DNA of 32,000 nucleotides from assembly GCF_901472495.1 (NCBI RefSeq), contig NZ_LR590469.1, forward strand, positions 3,372,993 to 3,404,992, in the 5' to 3' direction. The position numbers and the translations under genes are program-made. Source of the stretch: Yersinia enterocolitica subsp. enterocolitica (lineage in GTDB: Bacteria > Pseudomonadota > Gammaproteobacteria > Enterobacterales > Enterobacteriaceae). The notes beneath the pieces are model-generated. The model saw nothing but the letters and a program-made list of their open reading frames with translations. It was not told the origin of the DNA and did not search any database. Below are positions 1-9,639 of the stretch, piece after piece. Within the stretch, counting starts at the first letter, position 1. Every line of letters starts with the position of its first letter.

Positions 1-297
1 TACAGTGTGGTGCCAACCGTGAGGGTGCCCGCTCGGGATGCGCTTATCGGCGCACTGGTTGCTGCATTATTTTTCGAGCTTGGTAAGAAAGGATTCACGA
101 TGTACATCACACTGTTTCCATCTTATCAGCTGATTTACGGGGTACTGGCCGTTATCCCCATTTTATTTCTTTGGGTTTATTGGAGTTGGTGCATTGTGTT
201 GTTGGGAGCAGAGATTACGGTCACCTTGGGTGAGTATCGCGCACAACGCCATCAGGCCATTACAGAGAAGAGCCCGAGTCAAAGTCAGGAGATTTAA
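1..297 (+). CDS. yihY: YihY/BrkB (formerly RNase BN) family inner-membrane protein, C-terminal fragment; the gene starts upstream of the window
   Basis: The frame is open from base 1. The hydrophobic C-terminus ([18 protein letters not shown]...[27 protein letters not shown]) matches the remembered YihY family. It lies directly upstream of dtd, as in E. coli. Confidence 0.8.
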   Translation, partial: YSVVPTVRVPARDALIGALVAALFFELGKKGFTMYITLFPSYQLIYGVLAVIPILFLWVYWSWCIVLLGAEITVTLGEYRAQRHQAITEKSPSQSQEI

Positions 298-303
298 GGC
301 ATT

Positions 304-741
304 ATGATTGCGTTGATTCAACGGGCGCTTAGCGCCAATGTGGTGGTTGATGGGGAAGTGGTGGGCGAGATAGGGCCTGGGTTACTGATATTACTCGGTG
401 TTGAACAGCAGGATACCGAGCAAAAAGCACAGCGCTTATGTGAAAAGGTGCTGGGTTACCGGATTTTTGGTGATGAGAACGACAAAATGAACCTGAATGT
501 TAAGCAGGCTGGGGGTAGTGTGCTGGTGGTTTCACAATTTACACTGGTTGCCGATACCCAAAAGGGCATGAGACCTAGTTTTTCTCGTGGAGCATCCCCA
601 GCAGAAGCTGACAGGCTTTATCAGTATTTTGTTGCCCAGTGTCGTGAGCATGGTGTAAAAACGGAAACGGGATTATTTGCAGCGGATATGAAAGTTAGCC
701 TGGTAAACGACGGCCCAGTGACGTTCTGGTTACAAATTTAG
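304..741 (+). CDS. dtd: D-aminoacyl-tRNA deacylase
   Basis: 145 aa, collinear with E. coli Dtd (MIALIQR...SQFTL.ADT.KG.RPSF...[13 protein letters not shown]). Confidence 0.95.
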   Translation: MIALIQRALSANVVVDGEVVGEIGPGLLILLGVEQQDTEQKAQRLCEKVLGYRIFGDENDKMNLNVKQAGGSVLVVSQFTLVADTQKGMRPSFSRGASPAEADRLYQYFVAQCREHGVKTETGLFAADMKVSLVNDGPVTFWLQI

Positions 742-771
742 ATACGGGATTTCACCCAAGATTGAGGGTTA

Positions 772-962
772 TATACCCGCCATACTTCAAGCTGCATCTG
801 CGTTGGCTGCTCTCATTCACCCCCTGAATAAGCTTATCGGGATTAATGAGCTTCGTCCCTGAGGCTCACCCTGCGGGCTAGCATAAGTGCTGTTCAAATC
901 GGTTCCCGACTGATTTGTTACTCAACTGCCGCCGTCTCGCAACTCGAATTATTTAAGGTATA
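772..962. repeat. ERIC/IRU (enterobacterial repetitive intergenic consensus) element, enlarged variant of about 190 bp
   Basis: The left end TATACCCGCCATACTTCAAGCTGCATCTGCGTTGGCTGC...TCACCCC and the right end ...CGCAACTCGAATTATTTAAGGTATA match the remembered ERIC termini. The element lies in the dtd-yiiD intergenic region. It is longer than the canonical ~127 bp, implying an internal insertion. Confidence 0.7.
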
Positions 963-997
963 GATTTTATTGATAATTTTAACGAGAGAATGCTCCT

Positions 998-1921
998 ATG
1001 TATCACTTGCGTGTACCCACAACAGAACAAGAACTTAAAGATTATTATCAATTTCGTTGGGAAATGTTACGCAAGCCGCTACATCAACCGATAGGTTCTG
1101 AAAAAGATGCTTATGATGCAATGGCCCATCACCAAATGGTGGTGGATGAGCAGGGTAAACCTGTCGCTATTGGCCGCTTATATATTAATGCCGATAACGA
1201 GGCCGCGATTCGCTTTCTGGCGGTAGACCCATCAGTGAGATCAAAGGGGTTAGGGACGTTAGTTGCAATGACATTAGAGTCAGTCGCGCGTCAGGAAGGG
1301 GTAAAGAGGGTAGTGTGTAGCGCCCGTGAAGATGCGGTTGATTTCTTTTCTAAGCTGGGTTTTGTCAGTCAGGGGGAAATAACCGCGCCGCAAACTACGC
1401 CTGTTCGTCATTTCTTAATGATTAAGCCGGTCGTGACCATGGATGATATTTTGCATCGTCCGGATTGGTGCGGTCAGTTGCAGCAAGCCTGGTATGACCA
1501 TATCCCCCTTAGCGAAAAAATGGGGGTGCGCATCAGCCAATATACTGGCCAGCGTTTTGTCACGACCATGCCGGAAGCCGGTAATCAGAATCCTCATCAC
1601 ACCTTATTTGCTGGCAGTCTTTTCTCATTGGCGACCCTGACGGGCTGGGGCTTGATTTGGCTATTACTGCGCGAACGCCATTTAGGCGGCACTATTATTC
1701 TTGCTGATGCCCATATTCGCTATAGTGCACCTGTTACTGGGCGGCCAAGAGCAGTTGCAGAGTTAAGTTCGCTCAGTGGCGATTTGGATAGATTGGCTCG
1801 TGGTCGTCGTGCCAGAGTACAACTGGATGTAAATTTATTCGGTAATGAAGAGGCTGGTGCTGTATTTTCAGGAACCTATATGGTTTTACCCGTCGATGCT
1901 GAGGGTGATGGGGTTAACTAA
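998..1921 (+). CDS. yiiD: GNAT acetyltransferase fused to a thioesterase-like YiiD_C domain (YiiD/FabY)
   Basis: 307 aa, collinear with remembered E. coli YiiD from MYHLRVP ([16 protein letters not shown]..., [27 protein letters not shown]). Confidence 0.85.
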   Translation: MYHLRVPTTEQELKDYYQFRWEMLRKPLHQPIGSEKDAYDAMAHHQMVVDEQGKPVAIGRLYINADNEAAIRFLAVDPSVRSKGLGTLVAMTLESVARQEGVKRVVCSAREDAVDFFSKLGFVSQGEITAPQTTPVRHFLMIKPVVTMDDILHRPDWCGQLQQAWYDHIPLSEKMGVRISQYTGQRFVTTMPEAGNQNPHHTLFAGSLFSLATLTGWGLIWLLLRERHLGGTIILADAHIRYSAPVTGRPRAVAELSSLSGDLDRLARGRRARVQLDVNLFGNEEAGAVFSGTYMVLPVDAEGDGVN

Positions 1922-1932
1922 TTTTTATTATG

Positions 1933-1959
1933 CCCGTTCATTAATAACTAATGAGCGGG
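1933..1959 (+). terminator. Candidate Rho-independent terminator after yiiD
   Basis: Hairpin cccgttcatt / aataact / aatgagcggg with one G-U pair. The following T tract (tagtttggtg) is weak. Confidence 0.4.
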
Positions 1960-2256
1960 TAGTTTGGTGAGTCATATATTCCTTTCTTTAGTTAATATAA
2001 AGACGATGATATATGTATTCTATATTCCCTAAGATTTCAGGTTTATTTCTTAAATTCTTTCCCAATATATTCTGTAGTAGATCGAGTAAATAATACACTA
2101 GACTACATGAGGGAATAGTTATTTAATCACTCACCACCACTGTTAACATTTAGAATGTTAACAAGTAATGTATTGTCTCATATTAATATTGGTATTTAAT
2201 TTTCAGATTATACAATTGAATGATATTTGTAACCTTATAAATTAAGGAGAATTTAA

Positions 2257-2502
2257 ATGAATAAAGATTGGCATAGACAAGAAATATTAGCTGCTATACG
2301 TAAAAGGAAAGGCTCACTTTCAGCATTATCAAGAGACAGTGGTCTATCCTCAGGAACACTGGCTAATGCATTAACTCGGCCATGGCCAAAAGGTGAAATG
2401 ATTATCGCCGAAGCGATCGGTATTACACCACAAGAAATATGGCCAAGTAGGTTTATTGATTATCGAGGATGTAGCATTATTAGAAGAATAAGGAAAAATT
2501 AA
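2257..2502 (+). CDS. Ner/Nlp (SfsB) family HTH DNA-binding protein
   Basis: 81 aa. DWHRQEILAAIRKRKGSLSALSRDSGLSSGTLANALTRPWPKGEMIIAEAIG..P..IWPSR closely parallels remembered E. coli Nlp/SfsB and phage Mu Ner. A strong SD (aaggag) lies 8 nt upstream. Confidence 0.8.
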   Translation: MNKDWHRQEILAAIRKRKGSLSALSRDSGLSSGTLANALTRPWPKGEMIIAEAIGITPQEIWPSRFIDYRGCSIIRRIRKN

Positions 2503-2514
2503 ATAGGAGGTATA

Positions 2515-3201
2515 ATGGAAGCGTCACTATTCAATTCACTTAAAATGCTAATAAAATTCTGGGAATGCAGTTCCGAACCTTGGGGAGTAAAAGACAACCA
2601 ATCAAGATATGTTTATGCAAATAATAGGTTACATAAGTTATTTACTTTACCTGATAAATTTAGTATGGAAGGACGAACAGATGGTGAGCTTCCTACTCCT
2701 ATATCAGAATTCGAACTTGAATTTCAGGAGCATGACTGTAAAGTTAAACTACTACAAGACCGTGTAACTTCGGTTGAAATACATGCGTGGAATGGGCATT
2801 CATATTACCAACCTTATTTTTTTGATAAATATCCACTTATAGATGAGCATGGAGTATCTCAAGGTATCATTTCTCATAGTAGACCAGTAGAAGATGTAGT
2901 ATTAACACATCTAAATAAGATAAAAGTACCAATATCACTTATTTTGACCCCGCCATCTGACTTGTTTTCAAAAAGAGAGTGGGAGGTGTTATTTTATATT
3001 TTACACTCATTCTCAAGCATGGAAATTGCGACAAAACTTCATCTGTCATCAATAACGGTCGATAACATCATACAGAAAATATATAAGAAGATAGGTATTT
3101 CCGGCAGACAACAGTTGGTGGATTATTGCTATGAAAATAAAATTAATAATTATGTTCCGCAGAGCTTTTTTGAATACTCAGGTTCTTTTCCGTTGGTATA
3201 A
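2515..3201 (+). CDS. LuxR-family solo regulator, paralogue 1 of 5 (N-terminal sensor domain, possibly PAS_4-like, plus C-terminal LuxR HTH)
   Basis: 228 aa. The C-terminal motif KREWEVLFYILHSFSSMEIATKLHLSSITVDNIIQKIYKKIG is a LuxR/FixJ-type HTH. SD is aggagg. No luxI-type synthase is adjacent. Confidence 0.8.
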   Translation: MEASLFNSLKMLIKFWECSSEPWGVKDNQSRYVYANNRLHKLFTLPDKFSMEGRTDGELPTPISEFELEFQEHDCKVKLLQDRVTSVEIHAWNGHSYYQPYFFDKYPLIDEHGVSQGIISHSRPVEDVVLTHLNKIKVPISLILTPPSDLFSKREWEVLFYILHSFSSMEIATKLHLSSITVDNIIQKIYKKIGISGRQQLVDYCYENKINNYVPQSFFEYSGSFPLV

Positions 3202-3230
3202 GGATAAATTAAATGTAACAGGAGAATGTC

Positions 3231-3917
3231 ATGGATAAACCCCTAAAGAACCAATTGGAAATATTGATAAGGTTTTGGGAGCGTAGTTCAGAGCCTTGGG
3301 GGGCAAGAGATAATCAATCAAGATTTATTTATTCAAATGATCGACATCATAAATTATTGGGGTTATCAGATAAATACAATTTGGAAGGGCGATTAGATAG
3401 TGAATTACCTTCACCAACAGCCGCGTTTCAAATGGAGTTTCAGGCTCATGACCGTAAGGTAGAGTTATCGCAGGAGCGGATAACTTCAGTTGAAATACAT
3501 GAGTGGGATGGACTTTCATATTTAAAGCCGAATTTCTGTGATAAATATCCGTTAATAGATGAAAGTGGGGTGTCTCAGGGCATTATTTTCCATGTAAGAC
3601 CGGTGGAGGATATCATTCTGTCTCGCTTAACTAAAATAAAAGCACCTACGTCATTGACATTCACTCCGCCATCAAAATTATTCACAAAAAGAGAGTGGGA
3701 AGTCTTGTTTTATATTTCACACTCATATTCAAGTAAAGATATTGCCAAAAAACTTCACTTATCACCCAGGACAGTCAGCAATATTACTCAGTGTGTCTAC
3801 AGAAAAGCAGGCGTCTCTAACAAGCGGCAGATAGTCGATTATTGCTATGAAAATAAAATTAATAACTATGTTCCGCAAAGCTTCTTTGAGTACTCAGGAT
3901 CTTTCCCGTTAATATAA
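3231..3917 (+). CDS. LuxR-family solo regulator, paralogue 2 of 5
   Basis: 228 aa with the same architecture. The C-terminal ~95 aa are near-identical to copies 3-5. SD is aggaga in a conserved 28-29 bp spacer. Confidence 0.8.
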   Translation: MDKPLKNQLEILIRFWERSSEPWGARDNQSRFIYSNDRHHKLLGLSDKYNLEGRLDSELPSPTAAFQMEFQAHDRKVELSQERITSVEIHEWDGLSYLKPNFCDKYPLIDESGVSQGIIFHVRPVEDIILSRLTKIKAPTSLTFTPPSKLFTKREWEVLFYISHSYSSKDIAKKLHLSPRTVSNITQCVYRKAGVSNKRQIVDYCYENKINNYVPQSFFEYSGSFPLI

Positions 3918-3945
3918 GGATAATTTAATGTAATAGGAGAATGTC

Positions 3946-4632
3946 ATGGATAAACCCCTAAAGAACCAACTGGAAATACTAATAAGGTTTTGGGAGCACA
4001 GTTCAGAACCTTGGCAAATAAAGGATAGTCAATCAAGGTATATTTATGCAAACCCTAGATCTCATAAATTATTATCCTTACCGGCTAAGTATAATATGGA
4101 AGGGCGATTAGATGGCGAGCTTCCTTCACCAATATCTGAATTTCAAGCGGAATTTCAGCGACAGGACAGGCAGGTAGAATTATTACAAGACCGTATTACT
4201 TCGGCTGAAATACATATAGTTGATGGGAAATCCTATTTAACACCTTTTTTCTGTGATAAATACCCACTAATAGATGAAAACGGTATATCTCAGGGAGTTA
4301 TTTGTCATGCCAGGCCAGTTCATAATTTAATGTTAACTCGTTTAAATAAAATAAAAGCACCTACGTCATTGACATTCACTCCGCCATCAAAATTATTCAC
4401 AAAAAGAGAGTGGGAAGTTTTGTTTTATATTTTACACTCATATTCAAGTAAAGATATTGCCAAAAAACTTCACTTATCATCCAGGACAGTCAGCAATATT
4501 ATTCAGAGTGTCTACAGAAAAGTCGGTGTTTCAAACAAGCGACAGATAGTGGATTATTGCTATGAAAATAAAATTAATAATTATGTTCCACAGAGCTTCT
4601 TTGAGTACTCAGGATCTTTCCCGTTAATATAA
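3946..4632 (+). CDS. LuxR-family solo regulator, paralogue 3 of 5
   Basis: 228 aa with the same architecture and spacer as copy 2. Confidence 0.8.
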   Translation: MDKPLKNQLEILIRFWEHSSEPWQIKDSQSRYIYANPRSHKLLSLPAKYNMEGRLDGELPSPISEFQAEFQRQDRQVELLQDRITSAEIHIVDGKSYLTPFFCDKYPLIDENGISQGVICHARPVHNLMLTRLNKIKAPTSLTFTPPSKLFTKREWEVLFYILHSYSSKDIAKKLHLSSRTVSNIIQSVYRKVGVSNKRQIVDYCYENKINNYVPQSFFEYSGSFPLI

Positions 4633-4660
4633 GGATAATTTAATGTAATAGGAGAATGTC

Positions 4661-5347
4661 ATGGATAAACCCCTAAAGAACCAACTAGAAATATTGATAA
4701 GGTTTTGGGAACGTAGTTCAGAGCCTTGGGCGATAAAAGATAATCAATCAAAATTTATTTATGCAAACAGGAGAGTTTATAAATTATTTAATTTACCTAA
4801 TAAATATACCCTTGAAGGGCGGTTGGATGGTGAAATCCCAACACCATCTGCGGATTTTCAGGATGAGTTTCAGCAGCAGGATCGTCAGGTGGAATTATCT
4901 CAGGATCGAGTGACATCCGTTGATATACAGCTATATGATGGGTTCTCATATTTCACTCCTTATTTTAGCGATAAATATCCATTAATAGATGAAAATGGCG
5001 TATCTCAGGGTGTTATTTGTCATGCCAGGCCAGTGCAAGATATAATGTTAACTCATTTAAATAAGATAAAAGTACCAACGTCACTCATTTTCACCCCACC
5101 ATCAAAATTATTTACAAAAAGAGAGTGGGAAGTTCTATTTTATATTTTACACTCATATTCAAGTAAAGATCTTGCCGAAAAACTTCACTTATCACCCAGG
5201 ACAGTCAGCAATATTACTCAGAGTGTCTACAGAAAAGCCGGCGTCTCTAACAAGCGGCAGATAGTGGATTATTGCTATGAAAATAAAATTAATAATTATG
5301 TTCCTCAGAGCTTCTTCGAATACTCAGGTTCTTTTCCATTAATGTAA
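4661..5347 (+). CDS. LuxR-family solo regulator, paralogue 4 of 5
   Basis: 228 aa with the same architecture and spacer. Confidence 0.8.
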   Translation: MDKPLKNQLEILIRFWERSSEPWAIKDNQSKFIYANRRVYKLFNLPNKYTLEGRLDGEIPTPSADFQDEFQQQDRQVELSQDRVTSVDIQLYDGFSYFTPYFSDKYPLIDENGVSQGVICHARPVQDIMLTHLNKIKVPTSLIFTPPSKLFTKREWEVLFYILHSYSSKDLAEKLHLSPRTVSNITQSVYRKAGVSNKRQIVDYCYENKINNYVPQSFFEYSGSFPLM

Positions 5348-5376
5348 GGATAATTCAAAATCGACAGGAGGATATC

Positions 5377-6063
5377 ATGGACGAAACTCTAAAGAACCAA
5401 CTGGAAATACTAATAAGGTTTTGGGAGCGCAGTTCAGAACCTTGGGGGGCAAGAGATAATCAGTCAAGATTTATTTATGCAAATCCCAGTTATCATAAAT
5501 TACTTGCCTTACCTGATAAATACAGCCTTGAAGGGAGATTTGATGGAGAAGTTCCTTCACCAACCTCGGAGTTTCAAGATGCTTGGCAAGAGCATGACCG
5601 CAAAGTAGAGTTGTTACAGGATCGTATTACCAATATTGAAATACATGCGTGGAGTGGACGTAATTATTTCCAACCCTATTTCAGTGAGAAATATCCATTA
5701 ATAGATAATAATGGTGTCTCTCAAGGTGTTATTTTTCATGGTAAACCAGTGAATGAAATAATGTTAACGCATTTAAATAAGATAAAAGTACCAACGTCAC
5801 TCATTTTCACCCCACCATCAAAATTATTTACAAAAAGAGAGTGGGAAGTCTTGTTTTATATTTTACACTCATATTCAAGTAAAGATATTGCCAAAAAGCT
5901 TCACTTATCACCCAGGACAGTCAGTAATATTATTCAGAGTGTCTACAGAAAAGCCGGCGTCTCCAGTAAGCGACAGATAGTGGATTATTGCTATGAAAAT
6001 AAAATTAATAATTATGTTCCTCAGAGCTTCTTCGAATACTCGAAATCTTTCCCCCTTATGTAG
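5377..6063 (+). CDS. LuxR-family solo regulator, paralogue 5 of 5
   Basis: 228 aa with the same architecture. The spacer is slightly diverged (acaggagg). Confidence 0.8.
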   Translation: MDETLKNQLEILIRFWERSSEPWGARDNQSRFIYANPSYHKLLALPDKYSLEGRFDGEVPSPTSEFQDAWQEHDRKVELLQDRITNIEIHAWSGRNYFQPYFSEKYPLIDNNGVSQGVIFHGKPVNEIMLTHLNKIKVPTSLIFTPPSKLFTKREWEVLFYILHSYSSKDIAKKLHLSPRTVSNIIQSVYRKAGVSSKRQIVDYCYENKINNYVPQSFFEYSKSFPLM

Positions 6064-6074
6064 AAGTCTCTTTA

Positions 6075-6106
6075 CGCCGATTACGTTATATTTCACGTGA
6101 TCGGCG
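6075..6106 (+). terminator. Candidate terminator closing the LuxR array
   Basis: A 12-bp stem cgccgattacgt / loop tatatttc / acgtgatcggcg (one mismatch), followed by gtttgtgtt. Confidence 0.5.
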
Positions 6107-6159
6107 GTTTGTGTTCAGAGTCATTGCTGACAAAGCTTGGCAGCACTGTTTATGTTCGC

Positions 6160-7869
6160 TTACTGCCCCGCTACGCCATGCACCTCGCCGTTTTGCATCG
6201 TTTGATTAACTTGCTGCCCGTGGCTGTCAGTGGCTTGTAGAGAGCCATTAATGGTGGGTTTCAATGGCTTATCTGCTGTTAGGTTACCTGATATCCGTAA
6301 TTTCAGATTACCAAGCCCTTGTAACGGTAAAGCTGGCCAGCCCCAGTTTTGTAAGATATTAAGATCGACAGATCGGCCAGTCAGCGCAAGGGATAACGCT
6401 CTGCCTGGTGTTTGATCAATAGTAGCGGTGGCTTCCAGTAACCCCTCTTTGGTGAACGTACTCAAATCACTCACCGTAATCTGCTGTTCATTGGCGCTCA
6501 GAGCCAATGATGGGCGACGGACATCATTTTTATTAAAAGTCGCATTCCCAGCATTTAGCATCAATGAGCCGGACCACACTCCCCATTGGTGATTTTTAGC
6601 CAGCAGCAAATTAGTCCCCGCAGCATCCAGCGACGTAATTTGGAACGGGAAGTCCGGGCTGATATCAATCAATAAGTTACGGTTAGCATTCAACTTACTG
6701 ACATAGACCTCAGACAACCAATTTGGCAGCGTTTGTTGCCATTGCTGCTTCCAGTCTGTGGGTAGGGTATAAACCAGTGCCACCAGTGTTAGCTCATCGA
6801 GTTGTAGGCGGTGGTTATCACGCAGCCAGTTACCTTGAGCTCTTAACAGACCATCCTGCCAACGAGTGGAGAACTGATTGATTGCCACCCCAGCCGGTGA
6901 CAATGTAAATGTCGCGATTGGGTCAATCAGATGAATATTACCTTTAATAATGTCTCCAGCATTAAGGGATAATTCGCCTTCGTCACTTTGCCAGTCGCCT
7001 TGCTTAAACGTGATATTTTTCAGCGTGAGATCTAAATCATTAAATGCCCAGTTTTTCCCTTCAACACGGGCATCAATTAAATCAAATCGTTTTAGCGTGA
7101 TAGGAGGGAGCTGTAAAAATGTATTCCAGACATCTTCTAATGTCGCGGGAGTTTGTAGACGGATATTACTCAAGCGCAGGCGGTCGACCAGCCAACTTCC
7201 GTCAGCCGATTGACTGGCATTTCCAGTCAGTTCCCCTTGCGCAATATCAGCCCCAAAATTACTCAAAGTCAGGGCGTTTTTCTGTATAGAGCCTTGTAGA
7301 TAAAGTTTTTCGGCTGTGATGCCATTAATAGTCAAAGAGCCGGCACTAAACTGAAATTGAGCATTTTCACCCAGGCTATTACCGGGCAGTGGCTGCCAAG
7401 GGATCAATCCACCAGTGACTTGCTGACCTGTCACTTTCCACTGACCTGCCTTATTTTGCGGTTCAATAGTGGTATTCAGCGCCATATTGGTCAGCCTCAA
7501 AGTATCAGCCTGCAACGGTAGCGGTGAGGTGCTGTTATTGAGTGTTAAGCTTCCATTTTGCAAATTAAGGCTGCGAAAATGACGAGGCTCAGTCAGTTGC
7601 CGCCAACTCAGACCCAATACGGCCTGCTGGGCAATAAGAAACGCGGGTTGCTTGGCCCGGCCTAGCGTGACATCAGTAAAGCTGACTTGCCCAGGTTGGG
7701 ACCATGAGTGATCTATTTTCCCCAGAGAGAGGCGATATTCGCTGTTATCACTCACCCAGCGGCTTAGCCAACCGGCAGCCCAGCTGGTCTGAAGCAGCAC
7801 ATAGCACAGCACTATCGACAGCACTAGTAGCAGTAATAACGTTAGCAGCACTTTCCCGAGAAATTTCAT
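6160..7869 (-). CDS. yicH: AsmA-family protein YicH
   Basis: Collinear with remembered E. coli YicH. The start is set at the internal MKFLGKVLL (ATG at 7869), giving 569 aa, the same length as the E. coli protein. The ORF-track start at 7941 adds 24 non-conserved residues. Confidence 0.85.
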   Translation of the reverse strand: MKFLGKVLLTLLLLLVLSIVLCYVLLQTSWAAGWLSRWVSDNSEYRLSLGKIDHSWSQPGQVSFTDVTLGRAKQPAFLIAQQAVLGLSWRQLTEPRHFRSLNLQNGSLTLNNSTSPLPLQADTLRLTNMALNTTIEPQNKAGQWKVTGQQVTGGLIPWQPLPGNSLGENAQFQFSAGSLTINGITAEKLYLQGSIQKNALTLSNFGADIAQGELTGNASQSADGSWLVDRLRLSNIRLQTPATLEDVWNTFLQLPPITLKRFDLIDARVEGKNWAFNDLDLTLKNITFKQGDWQSDEGELSLNAGDIIKGNIHLIDPIATFTLSPAGVAINQFSTRWQDGLLRAQGNWLRDNHRLQLDELTLVALVYTLPTDWKQQWQQTLPNWLSEVYVSKLNANRNLLIDISPDFPFQITSLDAAGTNLLLAKNHQWGVWSGSLMLNAGNATFNKNDVRRPSLALSANEQQITVSDLSTFTKEGLLEATATIDQTPGRALSLALTGRSVDLNILQNWGWPALPLQGLGNLKLRISGNLTADKPLKPTINGSLQATDSHGQQVNQTMQNGEVHGVAGQ

Positions 7870-7961
7870 TCGGTATTTCCACGCCTGTCTGTATACGGAA
7901 CTCTGTTTATGCCGCAAATTGTCCATTAGCTCAATAGACAATCAGTTATCGAAGCATAAAA

Positions 7962-7993
7962 AAATGGCCGGTGTCATTTACGGCCGGCCATTT
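7962..7993 (-). terminator. Rho-independent terminator of xanP
   Basis: A perfect 10-bp stem aaatggccgg/ccggccattt. On the minus strand it is followed by a T7 run (A run at 7958-7964 on plus). Confidence 0.6.
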
Positions 7994-8015
7994 CAACGAC
8001 GTGTTAACGCAAAGA

Positions 8016-9401
8016 TTATTTTTCTTGTGGGAAGATGAGGTTAAGTACGATGGCAGTAATACCACCGGCAGCAATCCCGGAAGAAAGCAGGGTTTTGATC
8101 CAATCTGGTGCAAATTGCAGAATCAGTGGTTGCTGCGCCACGCCCATCCCAACCGCTAGTGACAATGCCATAATCATAATCGCGCGACGATTAAGGGTTT
8201 CGCGTGACACGATACGCACACCGGAAGCGGCAATTGTTCCGAACATCACGAGAGTGGCACCCCCCAGCACCGGCTCTGGGATATGTTGTACGAACCCAGC
8301 GACGGCTGGGAACAAGCCCAGTACAATCAGCATCAGTGCGACAACAAAACCGACATAGCGGCTGGCAACACCGGTTAATTGGATAACCCCATTATTTTGG
8401 CCGAAGCAGGAGTTAGGGAAGGTATTGAACACGGCTGATAGCATGGAGTTCAAACCATTCGCCAAAACACCACCTTTTAAGCGCTTCATATACAGCGGGC
8501 CATGAACGGGTTGCTCTGATACATCCGAGGTCGCCGTGATATCCCCGATAGTCTCAAGTGAGGTCACCATGAAGATAAGCATTAATGGCACCAGCAGGTT
8601 CCAGTCAAAAGATAAGCCATAGTATAGCGGCGTCGGGATGGTGATCAGTGCGGTGTCAACGACAGGGCGGCTTTCGGGCAGCATACCCAGCGTCCACGCT
8701 AACAGATAGCCCACAGCCATGGCGATAACCAGTGAGGCGACACGCAGATACGGGTTGCGCTGGCGGTTTAATAAGATAATGACCACGAGTACTGCGCCCG
8801 CCAACATGAGGTTTTTAGGTGAACCAAATGTATGGTCGCTCATCGCACCATAACCGCCACCAATAGATGTCAGCCCAACCTGAATCAATGACAGGCCGAT
8901 AATCATCACCACAATACCGGATACCAGTGGAGTGATAATGCGCCGCGCCAGATGCAGGAAACGGGATAATATAATTTCAGTACAAGATGCGACCATCAAG
9001 GTACCGAACAGGGCTGCCATCATGGTCGGGATATCCGCTCCGCCATTTTTCAGTGCCAAACCGCCCATAATCAGTGGAGAAACAAAGTTAAAACTGGTGC
9101 CCTGAATGGATAACAGGCCAGAACCAACCGGCCCCCAGGTTTTAATTTGTAGCAGTGATGCCAGACCAGAGGCAAACAGTGACATGCTGATAATTCGTTG
9201 AGTATCTTCCGCTGGTAGCCCTAGCGCCTGACAAATCAGTAAGCCAGGAGTTATCACTGCAACAAACATAGCCAATAAATGTTGGCATGCAGCAAACAGA
9301 GTTTGAGCGAGTGGGGGGCGGTCTTCTAAACGATAAATTAATTCGCTAGGGCGAGTGGTTGCCTGCTGTGGTGTATTAAGTTCGGCGGATTGCGTAGACA
9401 T
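8016..9401 (-). CDS. xanP: Xanthine/proton symporter (NCS2 family)
   Basis: Near-collinear with remembered E. coli XanP/YicE ([33 protein letters not shown]...). The start is set at MSTQSAEL (ATG at 9401) rather than the upstream ORF-track Met. Confidence 0.9.
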   Translation of the reverse strand: MSTQSAELNTPQQATTRPSELIYRLEDRPPLAQTLFAACQHLLAMFVAVITPGLLICQALGLPAEDTQRIISMSLFASGLASLLQIKTWGPVGSGLLSIQGTSFNFVSPLIMGGLALKNGGADIPTMMAALFGTLMVASCTEIILSRFLHLARRIITPLVSGIVVMIIGLSLIQVGLTSIGGGYGAMSDHTFGSPKNLMLAGAVLVVIILLNRQRNPYLRVASLVIAMAVGYLLAWTLGMLPESRPVVDTALITIPTPLYYGLSFDWNLLVPLMLIFMVTSLETIGDITATSDVSEQPVHGPLYMKRLKGGVLANGLNSMLSAVFNTFPNSCFGQNNGVIQLTGVASRYVGFVVALMLIVLGLFPAVAGFVQHIPEPVLGGATLVMFGTIAASGVRIVSRETLNRRAIMIMALSLAVGMGVAQQPLILQFAPDWIKTLLSSGIAAGGITAIVLNLIFPQEK

Positions 9402-9639
9402 GGAGTGGCATTCCCGGATCGGCAAAGAGGGCATTTTAATGATCCGCTTCACAAAAGCAATCGGTTGCGCTGCATTTTTTTAAATATTTATGCCCATGCT
9501 TGTTCATGTTTTTCTATTACTAAACTTGTAATTAGTGGCATTTTTTTTTCTAATCCACCCTCTTACTGCTTTGGCGTTTATTAAGGAACTGTCTAACGTC
9601 ATATTTTTATTCGATATTTCAATCGCATGGAGTACCAAG

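Noticed and set aside
2515-6063. Regular ~716-bp periodicity, considered as a possible CRISPR-like or satellite repeat array
   Set aside because: Each period is a complete, intact protein-coding gene with its own SD. The repeat unit is far too long for CRISPR, and the variable parts are coding and in frame.
7870-9639. Longer ORF-track starts for yicH (7941), xanP (9452) and gltS (9535)
   Set aside because: The N-terminal extensions have no counterpart in the remembered E. coli orthologues. Internal Met codons give orthologue-like lengths, and for gltS there is also a proper SD.
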